Shown here piece by piece: positions 25,540 through 41,721 of a stretch of 64,000 bases of DNA. The notes beneath the pieces are model-generated. The model worked only from the letters and a program-made list of their open reading frames with translations. It was not told the origin of the DNA and ran no database searches. The DNA is from the human T2T-CHM13v2.0 reference genome, Homo sapiens: the NCBI RefSeq assembly GCF_009914755.1, contig NC_060933.1; one strand, written 5' to 3'. The translations under genes were made by a program, and so were the position numbers. Position 1 is the stretch's first letter; each line of letters starts with the position of its first letter.

Positions 25540-27484
25540 GGCAAGTTCTTTTCATTTTTTTTTTCCTGGCGGGGATATGTTTTTCTAGTATTTTAAGTAT
25601 ATTTCTATATTGTCTTCTGTCTTACATTGTTTTAGGCAAGAAATCTACTGTCATGCTTAATGTTGGTGCCCTATTTGTAATATACTTTTTTCCTTGGGCT
25701 GATTTAATATTTGGATTTTTATCATGTTTTAAGCAATCTGATTATGATATATCTTGCTGTAATTTTCTTTTATCTTCCTTGTGACTGAGTTTGTCAGTTT
25801 TCTTGGTTCTATAGGTTCAGAATTCTCATCAAATTTAGAAAAATTTTGGCCATTATTTCTTTAATGTATTTTTTCTATCCCTCCTCCCAGGTCCTCTTCT
25901 TCCTGGAATCCAGGGAATCCAATTACCTGTATATTTGGCCACTTAAATTTGTCCCACAATTTACTGACATTCTGGTTATTGTTTTAATTTGTATGATTTT
26001 TGTTTTTTTCCATGTTTTATTTTGCATATTTTCTATTTTGTATCTTTATGGTTACCAATTATTTTCCCTACAGTGTCTAATATGTGTTTAATTGCATTTA
26101 GAGTATTTTTCATCTCAGACATTACATTTTCATTTCTAAAAATAGTTTTGTCTGTTTTTTTAAATATCTATATCTCCATTTAAAATGCTTATTTTTTTTC
26201 TGTGTTTTCTGGGTGTTTACTGCTTAGTCACAATAATTCTTATTGTCCTGTCTACAAATTTTTTCAACTATGAGTTTTCTGGATTAGTTCTGATGCATTT
26301 ATTTTCCTCTTCCTTATGAAACATAGTTATCCACTTCTTTAGATGCCTATTTTGATTGGATATTAAACACTGTGATATTTATTTTGTTCATTGCTGCCTA
26401 ATTTTTATTATAATAAATATTTATGTGTTCTTCTCTAAAACATTGTTACGTTACTTTGAGACAGTATGATTCTTCGAAGTTTTGTTTTGTTATGCAAGAC
26501 CAAGGAAGTGTCTAGTGTAGACCTAATTTCTGCCCACTCTTAAGGCACTACATTTGTAAATACTCTACCTAATGGCCCTGACAGGAAGATAAGCCATTCT
26601 CAGCCAAGTGTAATTTCTAGGATGACTCCCTATTCTCCTTTTTGTTGTTTCTTTGCCTAGTCTTGATTAGTTTCTTCAAACATACATTCATGCCATATTC
26701 AACTGAAAACTTTTTGGTGAGGGCAGTGAGGATAAAGGGGGCCAGTAGGCAATGCTGTGCAAATCTCCAAAGCTCTGCCTTTATGCAGCTCTCTCCTTTT
26801 TTCTACTCTATTCTCTGAACTCTAGCTGCGTTAGCCTCTGGAACTCACAGTTTTGTCTCATCAACTCAGAGAGACAGCTTTCTCTTTCAATGGTTTGGAA
26901 CTCTATCCAGGCAGTAAGCTTGAACACTTAAATTCTCACTTTGTCTCCCATTTTTGTGGATCACTGTCCTTCACTGCCTAAATTCTAATGCCTTAAAGCC
27001 TCTTTAAAATTTTTTCACATATGTTGTCTGGTCATTTAGTTATTTCACTTGGAAAGATAAGCCAGTCCCTATTACTTTACCTTGTTCAGAAGTAGAAGTA
27101 GCACCTGTTTTTATTTGAAGTCAAATTTCATTGAATTTTAAATAATTATGATACCTTCTCTTAGTAATATGTCCATGTATTGTCTACCTCAATAATAATA
27201 TATTAACACACATGCATTAAATTTACTCTAGAATTCTTCATTTTTCATTCTATTACCTACACAAAATTTGACAATTTAAAAATGGCTTTTCTATGCTCTA
27301 GCAGACACTATGCCTTACAAAATGAACATCAATCTATGCCTTACAAAATGAATATCAATCTAGTTGTGGTCTAATGAAAAGTGTTATGTGAAACTGCTTC
27401 CTGTAGGTTTTCTCAAAACTTCTTCCCTTTCTTCTTCTTACTATCTAGAAAGCAAAATATATGGGTGGAATTTATTCAGACATG

Positions 27485-27782
27485 CTAGTTTTCTTCTGTT
27501 CAAGGTGGTAGCTACTTACCACTTGTGGCCATTGAGTACTTGAAATGTGGAAAGTCCAAATTGAAATATATTCCATATCTCAAAGACTTAAGGGGGAAAT
27601 AATAAAATAATCTCATTATTTTGTAAATAATTACATGTTGAAATCATAAATGTTTGCATAAAGTGTTAAATAAACTTTATTAATTTAATCAATTTTGTAT
27701 TTCAAATATTACTTTTTAAATGTGGCTTCTAGAAAATTTAAAATTATGTATGTTCATATTATATTTCTATTAGATAACACTG
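27485..27782. mobile_element. MER33-like hAT-Charlie DNA transposon
   Basis: tgtggccattgagtacttgaaatgtgg...ttttaaatgtggcttctagaaaatttaaaatta...tatttctattagataacactg. Confidence 0.75.
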
Positions 27783-27799
27783 TCTTAGATCATTAGTTA

Positions 27800-27998
27800 G
27801 ACCTTCTTTTTTCTTTTTTTTGAAAAGGTCCAGATAGCAAATATGCTTGGCCTTTCTAGGCCTACATTCTGCCACAACTATGCAAAGTAGCCATACGCAA
27901 CACATAGATGAATGCTGTGTCAGTGCTCCAGACCAACTTCATATACAAAATTTTTGGACCCTGGATTTGGTCTGTAAGCCTTGGTTTGCTGACACCTT
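27800..27998. mobile_element. MER58A-like hAT-Charlie element
   Basis: aaaaggtccagatagcaaatat...ggatttggtctgtaagccttggtttgctgacacct. Confidence 0.7.
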
Positions 27999-28004
27999 TT
28001 ATGA

Positions 28005-28200
28005 AATAACCCTGAGAATTGAAGCCAAGCATTATATATAAGCAAGAAACAGAAAGAAAGAAACTTTAGCTTCTGATCACATTGAAGGCTACCATAGCAG
28101 CCTCTGATTGACATTGTTTTAGATATAACAGAAATAAGCTTCTATCTCATTTAAGCCTCTGTCATTTATTTTTTAATATATGTAGCTAAATCTTATTCCA
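28005..28200 (+). mobile_element. Old MLT1 (MLT1J-like) LTR 3' fragment
   Basis: agaaataagcttctatctcatttaagcctctg...gtagctaaatc. Confidence 0.45.
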
Positions 28201-28789
28201 ACTTTGTTCATATGCCATAATCCATTATATATTTTGCTATCTTAAAATTTGTAATTCCTCTGTTTATCCTCAGGGCAAATTTGGCTACTTCCATGTACAA
28301 TATCACTTTAACATCTAATTTGCCTATTGAATTAAAGGGTCCTTCTAGAGAAACTACTGTGGCTTATCTTTCTGTATCATCAACCAATATATGGTAGATT
28401 TTCAATGCATTCAGCTAGCATTTAATAAGTGTTAGTTGAGTATACAATGATCAATATCATGTGCAAGAAAACATCTATCACTGAAGTTTCTCCATATAAG
28501 AAATCAACTACAGTAAGCAAAGAAAATGGAAGTTTTAATTACTAAAAAAAGAACATCCAAGAAGATTATTATTCCATCCCTTCTAAAATAATTTTCTTCA
28601 TAGTTATGATCCTTAATAAAAATTACTGCTATTAAAATGACATTTTGAAGTAAGTCATGAGTTGTTGCCTTGTTTCATATTCTGGTAAATGTTTACTGAT
28701 CATATTTTTAACCTCAAATTATAATACAAATTATAAATTGTAACTCATACAAATTATACAGCTTTTCTTTTTTTTCTTCCTTTATAAAA

Positions 28790-29960
<1,171 letters not shown>

Positions 29961-30249
29961 TTATATGCCCCCAAACATTGAGATAATTATATGCCCCCCA
30001 GCCCCCAAGATGATGTGGCAGTTCTGGCCAGCTCAATGGTAGTTGAGTGGAGCCAGGTTCATTATTTTCTAAATGGTATAGCAGGAAATCTATAATGTGA
30101 GACTATTGTGTAGCCAAGACAACTTTGTTTTATTAAGACTCAGAGTATCACTACAACATGCCACATCATATCCTGTGGGAATAATGTCTACATGAAGAGG
30201 GAGACAAATGACTAAACAGCCACAGACTCCACTTATTGTACCACTCTTT

Positions 30250-30400
30250 CCTAAGCTCATTTTTCAATTCTCATCACATCTTTCATCCTAGATATTTTCA
30301 TCCCATTTAACAGATAAAGAATCAGGTATACTGGAAAGATGAAGTAACACCTTTAATGTTGTTGAAGTACACAGATTTAAATTCAAGTCTGGCTGAAATG
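30250..30400 (-). mobile_element. MIR fragment
   Basis: catcccatttaacagataaagaatcagg...gatttaaattcaagtctggctga. Confidence 0.55.
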
Positions 30401-31449
30401 AAAACTGATACCTTGACAACACAGTCTGAGACGGGATATGATAGATATGCCTTTCTGTGAATTATAATCTCTCATAGAAAAAGGAATTACTTCCAGACAC
30501 AGATGAGAAAATAATGAATTGTCCAGTTGTCACTGCTTGTATGAAAGTGGTGTCAGTGAACTTATATAAGAAAAAATGCCCAATGGATTTTCTACGTTGC
30601 TCGAGGTCAGAACAAATAGAAATATGACATCTATAATGCTTAGCCCAATTTTTTTCTTGTCATGGAATTTTTGATGATAGTTTCAAATATTTCAAGCGTA
30701 TATCTGGTTTAAATTTGTTTCATAACTCCAGAAACAAATCTGAAATTACCTCTTTATTAAAACCTCAATTTCATTCAAATGGCTCCATGCCTCTTCTTTC
30801 CTGGTTGATTACCAAACCCTCTATATTTTTTTGGACATACCGACTTTCACATATTTAAAGAACTCCAGCTCTTTTCAAATGACCAAAATAAGTGAACTGA
30901 TAACTCAAAATACATACCATTAAGTCCTGAGGAAAATATACAGCCATAATCACTAACAGTTGAGATACCAGAAATGCCCTATCACGTAACTGCTCTTAAT
31001 TCACACACATCTGCACATACATGTGCGTGCACACACGCATACACCCACAGAGATCAGTTCAGGATGGATTCTGGAAACAGCCATAGTCTTTTTTTGTTAA
31101 TTCACTTCCCTATGACACTTAGGTCCTAATGCTAAATCCAACTCACTCCCAGGACTTCACCATTTCTTATAACATGCTGAGCTTTCTCTTAGAAAATCCC
31201 ACTGCCATTTCCCTCAATGGACATCAATCAGCATTACACACAGTGCTCACCTGTCTATGGCCATAGCAAAAGTTTTTATTATTTTTATAAATATGTTTTA
31301 ACCTTAACTGGCTAAGAATTAAATGCCTCCAAATATTAAATGACTTGGCAATTCTGGCCAGCTCAACTGTGGTTAAATGGACCGAGGTTCATCATTTGAA
31401 AGGATATAGCAGGAGTAGTTCCGAGCTCTTCTACATAAATTAACGAATT

Positions 31450-31555
31450 CATATGTATATATATACACATATATATATATATGTGCGTGTATGTGTGTGT
31501 GTATATATATGTGAATACATACATATGCATGTGTATTTATATATATGTACATATG
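31450..31555. repeat. (TA)/(TG) microsatellite
   Basis: Direct reading. Confidence 0.9.
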
Positions 31556-32939
31556 CAGGGAAAACATTTTCTGGTTGTACAAATTTGCTTTAACAGACTT
31601 TCTGATTTAAATAATTTAATTGTGAGAAGGGTGATTCTAACTTAGCACACCAACAAAAATAAAATCCTCATCCCTCTGCTCAGCCGAAGTATTCTGTTCA
31701 GAGCATGTATGTAAACATGAATGCACACCACCCACATGACAATATCAAATTTTTATTTAAACTAATTATTTTTTTTTTACTTTTTTGCATAGTAGTAATG
31801 CTTTCTGGCATGAAAAAAAAGTACAGGAAGACAAAATTGTTTAAATGTTGTATTTCCTGCAAGTCAGTATGAAACACATATTAAGGCAATAGGTTGGGGG
31901 CCAGAACTTGATGAAGTTAACGCTCAGAAAGGAGATCTGAATATCAGCTGGAATAAAGAGCTATAAGTATGTCACAATTGTACCAAACTTTAGTGAAACT
32001 TGAGTGGGGTGCAGTATATCTGAGAGGGTTAGTACACTACTTAACAGACTGAGGAAGTTGTTGAATCCCCTGGAAGAGAACTACATCAAAGACAATATAA
32101 CCAGATTTATATAAGGCTTTTAAAGGTTCACCAAGTGGGATTTCCTATCAGGAGAGTTTGGCAGTTTTATTCTCTTTTTTCAGTGGATTTTATATTTTGC
32201 CTGAGAATGAAAAGCATACTTTTAGTTTTGTACATTAGGTAAAGCAGAGCAACCTCCAAAATCATGCAGCCAGTACAAAGCTTGATGAAGAGACATCTTA
32301 TGCCAAAAATGACCGTGGCATTTCAAAGCTGGAAGTTTCTTATGATATAATGATTGACCATTCATACGATTTGTTTATAATGTTGGTAACTAGTTTCCCA
32401 GTGCTAATACAAGCAGAAGTTCTTAAAAAGACATTTGATTACTTTGAAGCACAGGCACTTGTCTACTCTAAATAGAATAGAAAGATGGGAATGGAAACTA
32501 AAAAGTTAAAAGACAAATTAGATAACAACAATAAATATTTACTACTCTGGATGGGAGCGCATGGAAGAACTTTCAAATATTTGGCCTTCTCTAAGCACTA
32601 CTTGACCTTGCTACTTCAAACCACCACTTTGGTATTTAATGAGTGGCCCTGTGAAACAAAATATTTAACTAGATAGTAAAAATTTTTGGGACTTTGATAG
32701 ATTTTTCTGGTACCTGAGAGCTTTATCTATCTATCAAACACTGTGCAGGGTAAAGCTAGGCTTTGAAATACATACAACTCATTCACAATATCTAATTACA
32801 GATGCATATAAATTAATTTCTAAAATTATTTCCTATTACTAGAAGTAAATAGAATTATATTTATTTATAAAACTTATGTGTTCTATTATGGGGACAATGT
32901 GTGTTAAGTGATATTTTTATATAAAATTTTTCTAAGAAA

Positions 32940-33320
32940 ACAGATGGAATATAAGAAGAAATTGAATCATAGTGACTGAGATCTTTCGAACATTAAGGAC
33001 AAATACCAAATTACAGGTCCAAAAAACTCAGAGAATGCTACGCAGGATGAATATGAAAAAAATATACCTAGGAATATCATATTAAAACTGTAGAAAACCT
33101 AACACAAAGATAAAATATTAAAATAAGGCAGAAGAAGAAATACATTGTTATATAGAGTAACAGATATAAGAATTGAATCAAACTTCTTTTTAGAAGCCAA
33201 GCAAGTAAGAAGGGAGTAGAACGTAATATTTAAAGTGTTAAAAATTGTAATATAGTGAACATTTTTATCCAAATATTCATTATCTAAAATTGTGAGGCAA
33301 AAACAATTATAACATCAACA
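32940..33320 (+). mobile_element. Ancient L1M ORF1 fragment
   Basis: caggtccaaaaaactcagagaa...acctaggaatatcatattaaaactgtagaaaacc...aagataaaatattaaaa. Confidence 0.7.
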
Positions 33321-33358
33321 TATTCACTAACAGTCTGGGCACTCATTATATTAATTCC

Positions 33359-33530
33359 TGTTATGGACCGAGTTAGGTTCCCCCAAAATTCATAAGCTGA
33401 AGCCCTATCTCCCAATGTGACTGTATTTTGCAATAGAGCTTTTAAGAGGTAATGAAGGTTAAATGAGGTCATAGGGTAAGGTCCTAATCTTTTAGTACTG
33501 GCATCCCTATCAGAAAAGGAGGAGACACCA

Positions 33531-33561
<31 letters not shown>

Positions 33562-33756
33562 GCACATATACAGTCCTTGTGAGCATACACTGAGAGGGTG
33601 GCCATCTGCAACCCGGAAAGAGAGACCTCACTAGAAACAAATTCAGCTGGAACCTTGATCTTGGACTTCTAGCCTCCAGAACTGTGAGGAAATAAATTTC
33701 TGTTGTTTAAACTGTACAGTCTGTGGTGTTATGTGGCATCCTAAGCAGATGAAAAT
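33359..33756 (+). mobile_element. MLT1A-like MaLR LTR with (TC)n
   Basis: tgttatggac...cccccaaaattcata; ttgatcttggacttctagcctccagaactgtgaggaaataaatttctgttg. Confidence 0.88.
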
Positions 33757-33763
33757 AGGCAAC

Positions 33764-35227
<1,464 letters not shown>

Positions 35228-35276
35228 GAAAATAGGCACCTAAAAATTAGCCATCTCTATTTTATAATAATGTCTA

Positions 35277-35318
35277 TGATATGGTTAGGCTTTGTGTCCC
35301 TACCCAAATCTCATCTTT
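35277..35318 (+). mobile_element. First 42 bp of a THE1/MST LTR
   Basis: tgatatggttaggctttgtgtccctacccaaatctcatctt matches the LTR start seen at 54822. Confidence 0.85.
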
Positions 35319-35468
35319 TTATTTATTTATTTGTTTATTATTCATTTATATAATTATACAATATTATATATAATAATATAATTATGTTATAATATAATCA
35401 TATACATACAATATAATCATATACAATATATTATAATATAATTATATATATTTATATTATATTTATAT
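35319..35468. repeat. (TTTA)n grading into TA-rich low complexity
   Basis: Direct reading. Confidence 0.85.
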
Positions 35469-38400
35469 TTCAGGTCTTAGGTTTGAGTCCTTGATCCATC
35501 TTGAGCTGATTTTCGTATAAGGTGAGAGATGAGGATCCAGTTTCATTCTCCTACATGTGGCTAGCCAATTATCTCAGCACCATTTGTTGAAAAGGGTGTC
35601 CTTTCCCCACTTTATGTTTTGTTTGCTTTGTTGAACATCAGTTGACTGTTAAGTATTTGGGTTTATTTCTGGGTTCTCTATTCTATTCCATTTGTCTATG
35701 TGCCTACTTTTATGCCAGTATCATGCTGTTTTGGTGACTATGACCGTATAGTATAGTTTTAAATCAGGTAATATGATGCCTCTAGATTTGTTCTTTTTGA
35801 ATTTTAGAATTGTTTTTTCTAATTCCGTGAAGAATGATGGTGGTATTTTGACAAGAATTGCATTGAATTTGTAGATTGCTTTTGGCAGTATGATCATTTT
35901 CAGAATATTTATTCTACCTATCAGTGAGCATGGGATGTGTTTCCATTTGTTTGTGTCATCTATGATTTCTTTCAGCAGTGTTTTGTAGTTTTCCTTGTAG
36001 AGGTCTTTCACTTCCTTGGTTAGGTATATTCCTAAGTATTTTTTTTTTTTTTTTTTTTTGCAGCTATTGTAAAGGGGGTTGAATTCTTGATTTGATTCTC
36101 AGCTTGGTCGCTGTTGGTATATAGAAGAGCTACTGATTTGTGTACATTAATTTTGTATCCGGAAACTTTCCTGAATTATTTTATGAGTTCTAGGAGCTTT
36201 CTGGATGTGTCTTTAGGGTTTTCTAGGTAAACAATCATATCATCAACAGACAGTCACTTTACCAATTTGGATGCACTTTACTTCTTTATCTTGTCTGAAA
36301 GCTCTGGCTAGGACTTCAAGTACTATATAGAAGAGGAGTGGTGATAGTGGGCATCCCTGTCTTGCTCAAGTTCTCAGAGGGAATGCTTTCAACTTTCCCC
36401 CATTCAGTATTATGTTGGCTGTGGGTTTGCCATAGATGGCTTTTATTACATTGAGGTATGTCTGTTGTATAGTGATACTGCTGAGTTTTAATCATAAAGG
36501 GATGCTGGATTTTGCTAATGTTTTTTCTGCATCTATTGAGGTGATCATGTAATTTTTGTTTAAGATTCTTTTTATGTAGTATATCACATTTATTAACTTG
36601 TGTATGTTAAACCATCCCTGAATCCCTGGTATGAAAACAACTTGATCATTGTGGATTTTGTTTTTGATATGTTCTTGGATTTGGTTAGCTAGTATTTTGT
36701 AAAGGATTTTAGCATCTATGTTCATCAGGGATATTGGTCTGTAGTTTTCTTTTTTGATTATGTCCTTTCCTGGTTTTGGTATTAGGGTGAAACTGGCTTC
36801 ATAGAATGATTTAGGGAGGGTTCCCTCTTTCTCTAACTTGTGGAATAGTGTCAATAGGATTGGTACCAATTATTTGAATATCTTGTAGAATTCTACAGTG
36901 AATCCATCTGGTCCTGGAGGTTTTCTTTGTTAATATTTTTTATTAGCATTTCAATCTTGCTGATCATTATTGGTCTGTTCAAAGTATCTAATTCTTCCTG
37001 ATTTAAGCTAGGAAGGTTGTATCTTTCCAGGAATTTATCCATCTCCTCTAGGTGTTCTAATTTACATGTGTAAAGGTGTTCATAGTAGCCTTGAATGATC
37101 TTTTGTATTTCTGTGGTGTCAGCTGTAATATTTCCCATATCATTTCTAACTGATCTTATTTGGATTTTCTCTCTTCTTTCCTTGATTAGTCTTCCTAGTG
37201 ATCCATCAATTTTATTTATCTTTTCAAAGAACCAGCTTTTTGTTTCATTTATCTTTTGTATTGGTTTTTTGTTCATTTGTTTTTTCAATTTCATTTAGTT
37301 CTGCTTTGATCTTGGTTATTTCCTTTCATCTGCTGGGTTTGGGTTTGGTTGGTTCTCATTTCTCTAGTTCCTTGAGATGTGATCTTAGATTGTCTGTTTG
37401 TGCTCCTTCAGACTTTCTGATGTAGATTTTAGGGTTATAAACTTTCCTCTTAGCACCTGCCTTTGCTGTATCCCAGAGGTTTTGATAGGTAGTGTCACTG
37501 TTGTCATTCAGTTTGAATAATTATTTAATTTTCCTCTTGAGTTCATTTTTGACCCAATGATTGTTCAGGAGCAGATCATTTGATTTCCATATATTTTCAT
37601 GGTTTTGAAGGTTTTTTTTTTTTTTTGAGTTAATTTCCAGTTTTAGTCCACTGTGGTCTAAGAGAGTGCTTGACATAATTTCAATTGTCTTGAATTTATT
37701 GAGGCTCGTTTTGTGGCCTATCATATGGTCTATTTTGGAGAAAGTTCCATGTGCTGTTGAAAAGAATGTATATTCTGCAGTTGTTGGGTAGAATGTTCTG
37801 TAAAATCTGTTAAGTCTGTTTGTTCCAGGGTATGGTTTAAATCTATTTTTTATTTGTTGACTTTCTGTCTTGATGACCTGTCTATTGCTATCAGTGGAGT
37901 ATTGAAGTCCCCCACTATTATTGTGTTGCTGTGTATCTAATTTCTTAGTTCTATTGGTAATTGTTTTATAAATTTGGGAGCTCCAGTGTTAGGTGCATAT
38001 ATATGTAGGATTATGATACCTTCTTTTTGGACAAGGCCTTTTATCATCATATAATGACTCTCTTTGTCTTTTTTAACTACTGTTGCTTTAGAGTTTGTTT
38101 TGTCTGATATAAGAATAGCTACTCCTGCCTGTTTTCAGTGTCCATTTGCATGGAGTATCTTTTTCCATCCCTTTACCTTAAGTCAACATGAGTTCTTATG
38201 TGTTAGGTGTTTCTCTGGAAGGCAGCAGATAGTTGGTTGGTGAATTCTTATCCATTCTGCAATTCTGTATCTTTTAAATGGAGCATTTAGGCCATTTACA
38301 TTCAACATTAGTATTGAGGTGTGAAGTAACATTCCATTCATCATGCTATTTGCGGCTTGTATTCCTTTAATTTTTGTTTTTTTAATTGTATTTTTGTTTT

Positions 38401-40570
38401 GTATGTCCTGTGATATTTGTGCTTTAAAGAGGTTCTGCTTTGATGTGTTTCCAGGATTTGTTTCAAGATTTAGAGCTCCTTGGAGCGGTTCTTGTATTAC
38501 TGGTTTTGTAGTGGTGAATTATCTCATTTTTTGTTTGTCTAAAAAAGACTATATCTTTCCTTCACTTACGCAGCTATGCAGCTTATTTTCACTGCATCCA
38601 AAATTCTTGGCTGATAATTGTTTTGTTTTGGGAGGCTGAAGATAGGGCCCCAATCCCTTCTATCTTCTAGGGTGTCTGCTGAGGAAGCTGCTGTTAATCT
38701 GATAGGTTTTCCTTTATAGGTTACCTAGTGTTTGGCCTCACAGCCTGTAAGTTTCTTTCCTTCATCTTAACTTTAGATAACCTGATGACAATGTGCCTAG
38801 GCAATGATCTTTTTGTGATGAATTTCCTAGATGTTCTTTGAGTTTCTTACATTTGGATGTCTGCTTCTTTAGCAAGGCTGGGAAATTTGTCCTTGATTAT
38901 TTCCCCAAATATATTTTACAAACTTTTAGATTTCTCTTCTTCCTGAGGAATGCCAATTATTCGTAGGTTTGGTTGTTTAACATAATCCCAGACTTCTAGG
39001 AAGATTTGTTTATATTTTCTTATTCTTTTTTTCTTTGTCTTTGTTGGATTGGGTTAATTAGAAACCTTGTCTCTGAGCTCTGAAGTTCTTTCTCTGCTTA
39101 TTCAATTCTATTGCTGAGACTTTCCAGAGAATTTTGCATTTCTGTAAGTGCGTCCATTGTTTCCTGAAGTTTGATTGTTTTTTATTTATGCTATCTATTT
39201 AGCTGAATATTTCTCCCTTCACTTTTTGTATCTTTTTTTTTTTTTTAATTTCCTTACATTGGGCTTCACCTTTCTCTGGTGCCTCCCTGATTACCTTAAT
39301 AACTAACCTTCTGAATTCTTTTTCAGGTAGATCCAGGACTTCTTGATTTGGATCCATTGCTGGTAAGCTAGTGTGATTTTTTTGGAGGGTGTTAATGAAA
39401 CTTCTTTTGTCATATTAGCAGAGTTGGATTTCTGGTTCCTTCTTATTTGGGTAGGCTCTGTCAGAGGGAAGGTCTAGAGCTCAAGGCTGTGGTTCAATTC
39501 CTTTTGTCCCATGGGGTGTTTCCTTGATGTGGTACTCTCCCCCTTTTCCTAGGGATGTGGCTTCCTGAGAGCCGAGCTGTAGTGATTGTTATCTCTCTTC
39601 TGGATCTAGCCACCCAGCAAAACTATCAGGCTCTAGGCTGGTACTGGGAGTTGTCTGCACAGAGTCCTGTGATGTGAACCCTCTGTGTGTCTCTCAGCCA
39701 TGGATACTTGCGCCTGCTCCAGTGGAGGTGGCAGGGGGAGTCTGAGAGTCCTTAGTTTTGGTTGTTTTATGTACTATTTTTGTGCTGGTTCGCCTCCTGC
39801 TAGGAAGTGGTGCTTCAAGAGAGCATCAGCTGTGATAGCACGGGGGGAAACAGGTGGTGGGTGAGGCCCTAGAACTCTCAAGAGTATATGCCCTTTTTCT
39901 TCAGTTACCAGGGTGGATAGGGAAGGACCATTAGGTGGGGGCAGGCCTAGGCATGTCTGAGCTCAGACGATACTTGAACAGTTCTTGTGCGGGCAGTGGG
40001 TGAGCGGGGCTGAGAACTTGCCCAGGCTACCTGCCTCCCAGCTGCGAAATTAGGGCTTTCTTTCTTTCTCCATTTGTGACGTCTGCGCACCAGACTCACG
40101 CTCTCCCCGAGAGACTTCTCAATTGGTTCAAATTGTTACAAAGTTCAGCTGGGGGTTTCCATCTCCTTGCGGCTTTTTCCCATTGACTCTGGGAGCCCTC
40201 CTCTAGAAGCCAGTGAGGCAAGGCAGAAATGTCGTGCTAGGGAACCCAGTGAGGCCACAGGGATTTTCCTGCTGCTTCCTCTACCCCTGTATTTCGCTTG
40301 GCTCTCTAAATTGACTCAGCTCCAGGTAAGGTCACAATCTTCTCCCATAATCTAGACCTTCAGGTTCCCCAGTGGGGAAGTGTGTTCAGTGGTAGATGAG
40401 CTCCCATTCCCACATCCACAGTTTGGGCACTCACAGTATTTGGGGTATCTCCCAGTTCTATCCTGTAGGAGCAATAGACTTTCTTCAGAAGGTCTGTGGA
40501 TTCTCTTGGCTTTCCTCCTACATTCCTGCAGTCGTTCTGGAGCAAAAGGTCACAATGAGAGCCTCCACAC
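35469..40570 (-). mobile_element. L1PB-like element (5' UTR, ORF1, most of ORF2), lacking its 3' end
   Basis: ORF2 fragments ([47 protein letters not shown]); L1PB-type gagagatgaggatccagtttcattctcctacatgtggctagcc; L1PB 5' UTR ending ggagcaaaaggtcacaatgagagcctccacac. Confidence 0.9.
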
Positions 40571-41198
40571 ACCTGCAGCAAACTTTTGCCTAGACATTCA
40601 GGCATTTCCATATATCCTCTGAAATCTAGGCACAGGTTCCCAGACCTCAATTCTTGACGTATGTGCACCCATCTCATGTAAGCTGCCAAGACTTGGGGCT
40701 TCACCCTTTGAAGCAATGGCCTGAGCTGTACCTTGGGCCCTTTTAGTCATGGATGTAGCTGAAGCAGCTGGGACTCAGGCACCATGTCCCAAGACTGCAT
40801 AGAGTAGGGGGGCCCTGGGCCCAGCCCACAGAACTATTTTTCCTTCCTAGGCCTCCAGGCCTGTGATGGGAGGGGATGCCATGCAGGTCTCTGACATGCC
40901 CTAGAGACAATTTTCCTATTTTCTCATTGATTAACGTTCAGCTTCTTGTTACTTACGCAAATTTCTGCTGCAGGCTTGAATTTCTCCACAGAAAATGAGT
41001 TTTTTTTCTTTTATCACATCTACAGGCTGCAAATTTTCCAAAGTTTTATGCTCTGTTTCCTCTTGAATGCTTTGCTGCTTAGAAATTTCTACTGCCAGAT
41101 ATCCTAAGTCATCTCTCTCAAGTTCAAAGTTTCACAGACCTCTAGAGCAGGAGCAAAATGCCACCAGTCTCTTTGTTAAAGCATAGGAAGAGTCACCT
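40560..41198 (-). mobile_element. THE1/MST internal-region fragment without adjoining LTRs
   Basis: Reverse-complement homolog of about 55440-56085 in the intact THE1 (aagttcaaagtttcacagacctctagagcaggagcaaaatgccaccagtctctttg). Confidence 0.88.
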
Positions 41199-41721
41199 CT
41201 ATTTTATGATAATGAGCTAATCTAACCCTCCTAAACTTCACATCAACCAACTCCTAAAAAGAGTTATTATGTCCATACCAATGATGATGCCTTAGCTATT
41301 GTTAAAAATCTCATAGTATGATGTAAAGTGAGAGTATAATATAATTTTATTGCTAGGCCATCTTTGATTTTATACAGAAACACACACCAACTTTTCTGTT
41401 AGCAAGGGTAATATCAAAGCAAACACCAGAAGGAGAGTTATATGCGGGATTTGTTTTCTCAAAACCATGGAGGTAATCAACATTCAAACAAAAGACAAAT
41501 GATGAATATTTCTTCAGAAAATATGAAGTCCTTCCTATTATTTTATCAAAGATTTTCAATATTCTGACCATTTTTATTTATGCAATTGAGTTCTGTTTTA
41601 GCTGAAATTAATTTTGTTTTCATTGTTCTAAATGAACACCTTCTCCCTTGAGTCTTTATTGTTCTAAAAATTGTACAGAGATGTGGAAAAATATTTTCCT
41701 TTTTTTTTATTGTGCTAGTGA

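Larger units (their letters stand above)
21015..27100 (-). mobile_element. Ancient L1M element (ORF2 pieces, ORF1 and 5' region), interrupted by MER52 and MLT1
   Basis: T-rich degraded L1 antisense; gatattcttcta...tcttctagaag continuity across MER52; gggtatagaattctaggttggca; L1M 5' motifs near 26300-27100. Confidence 0.7.
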
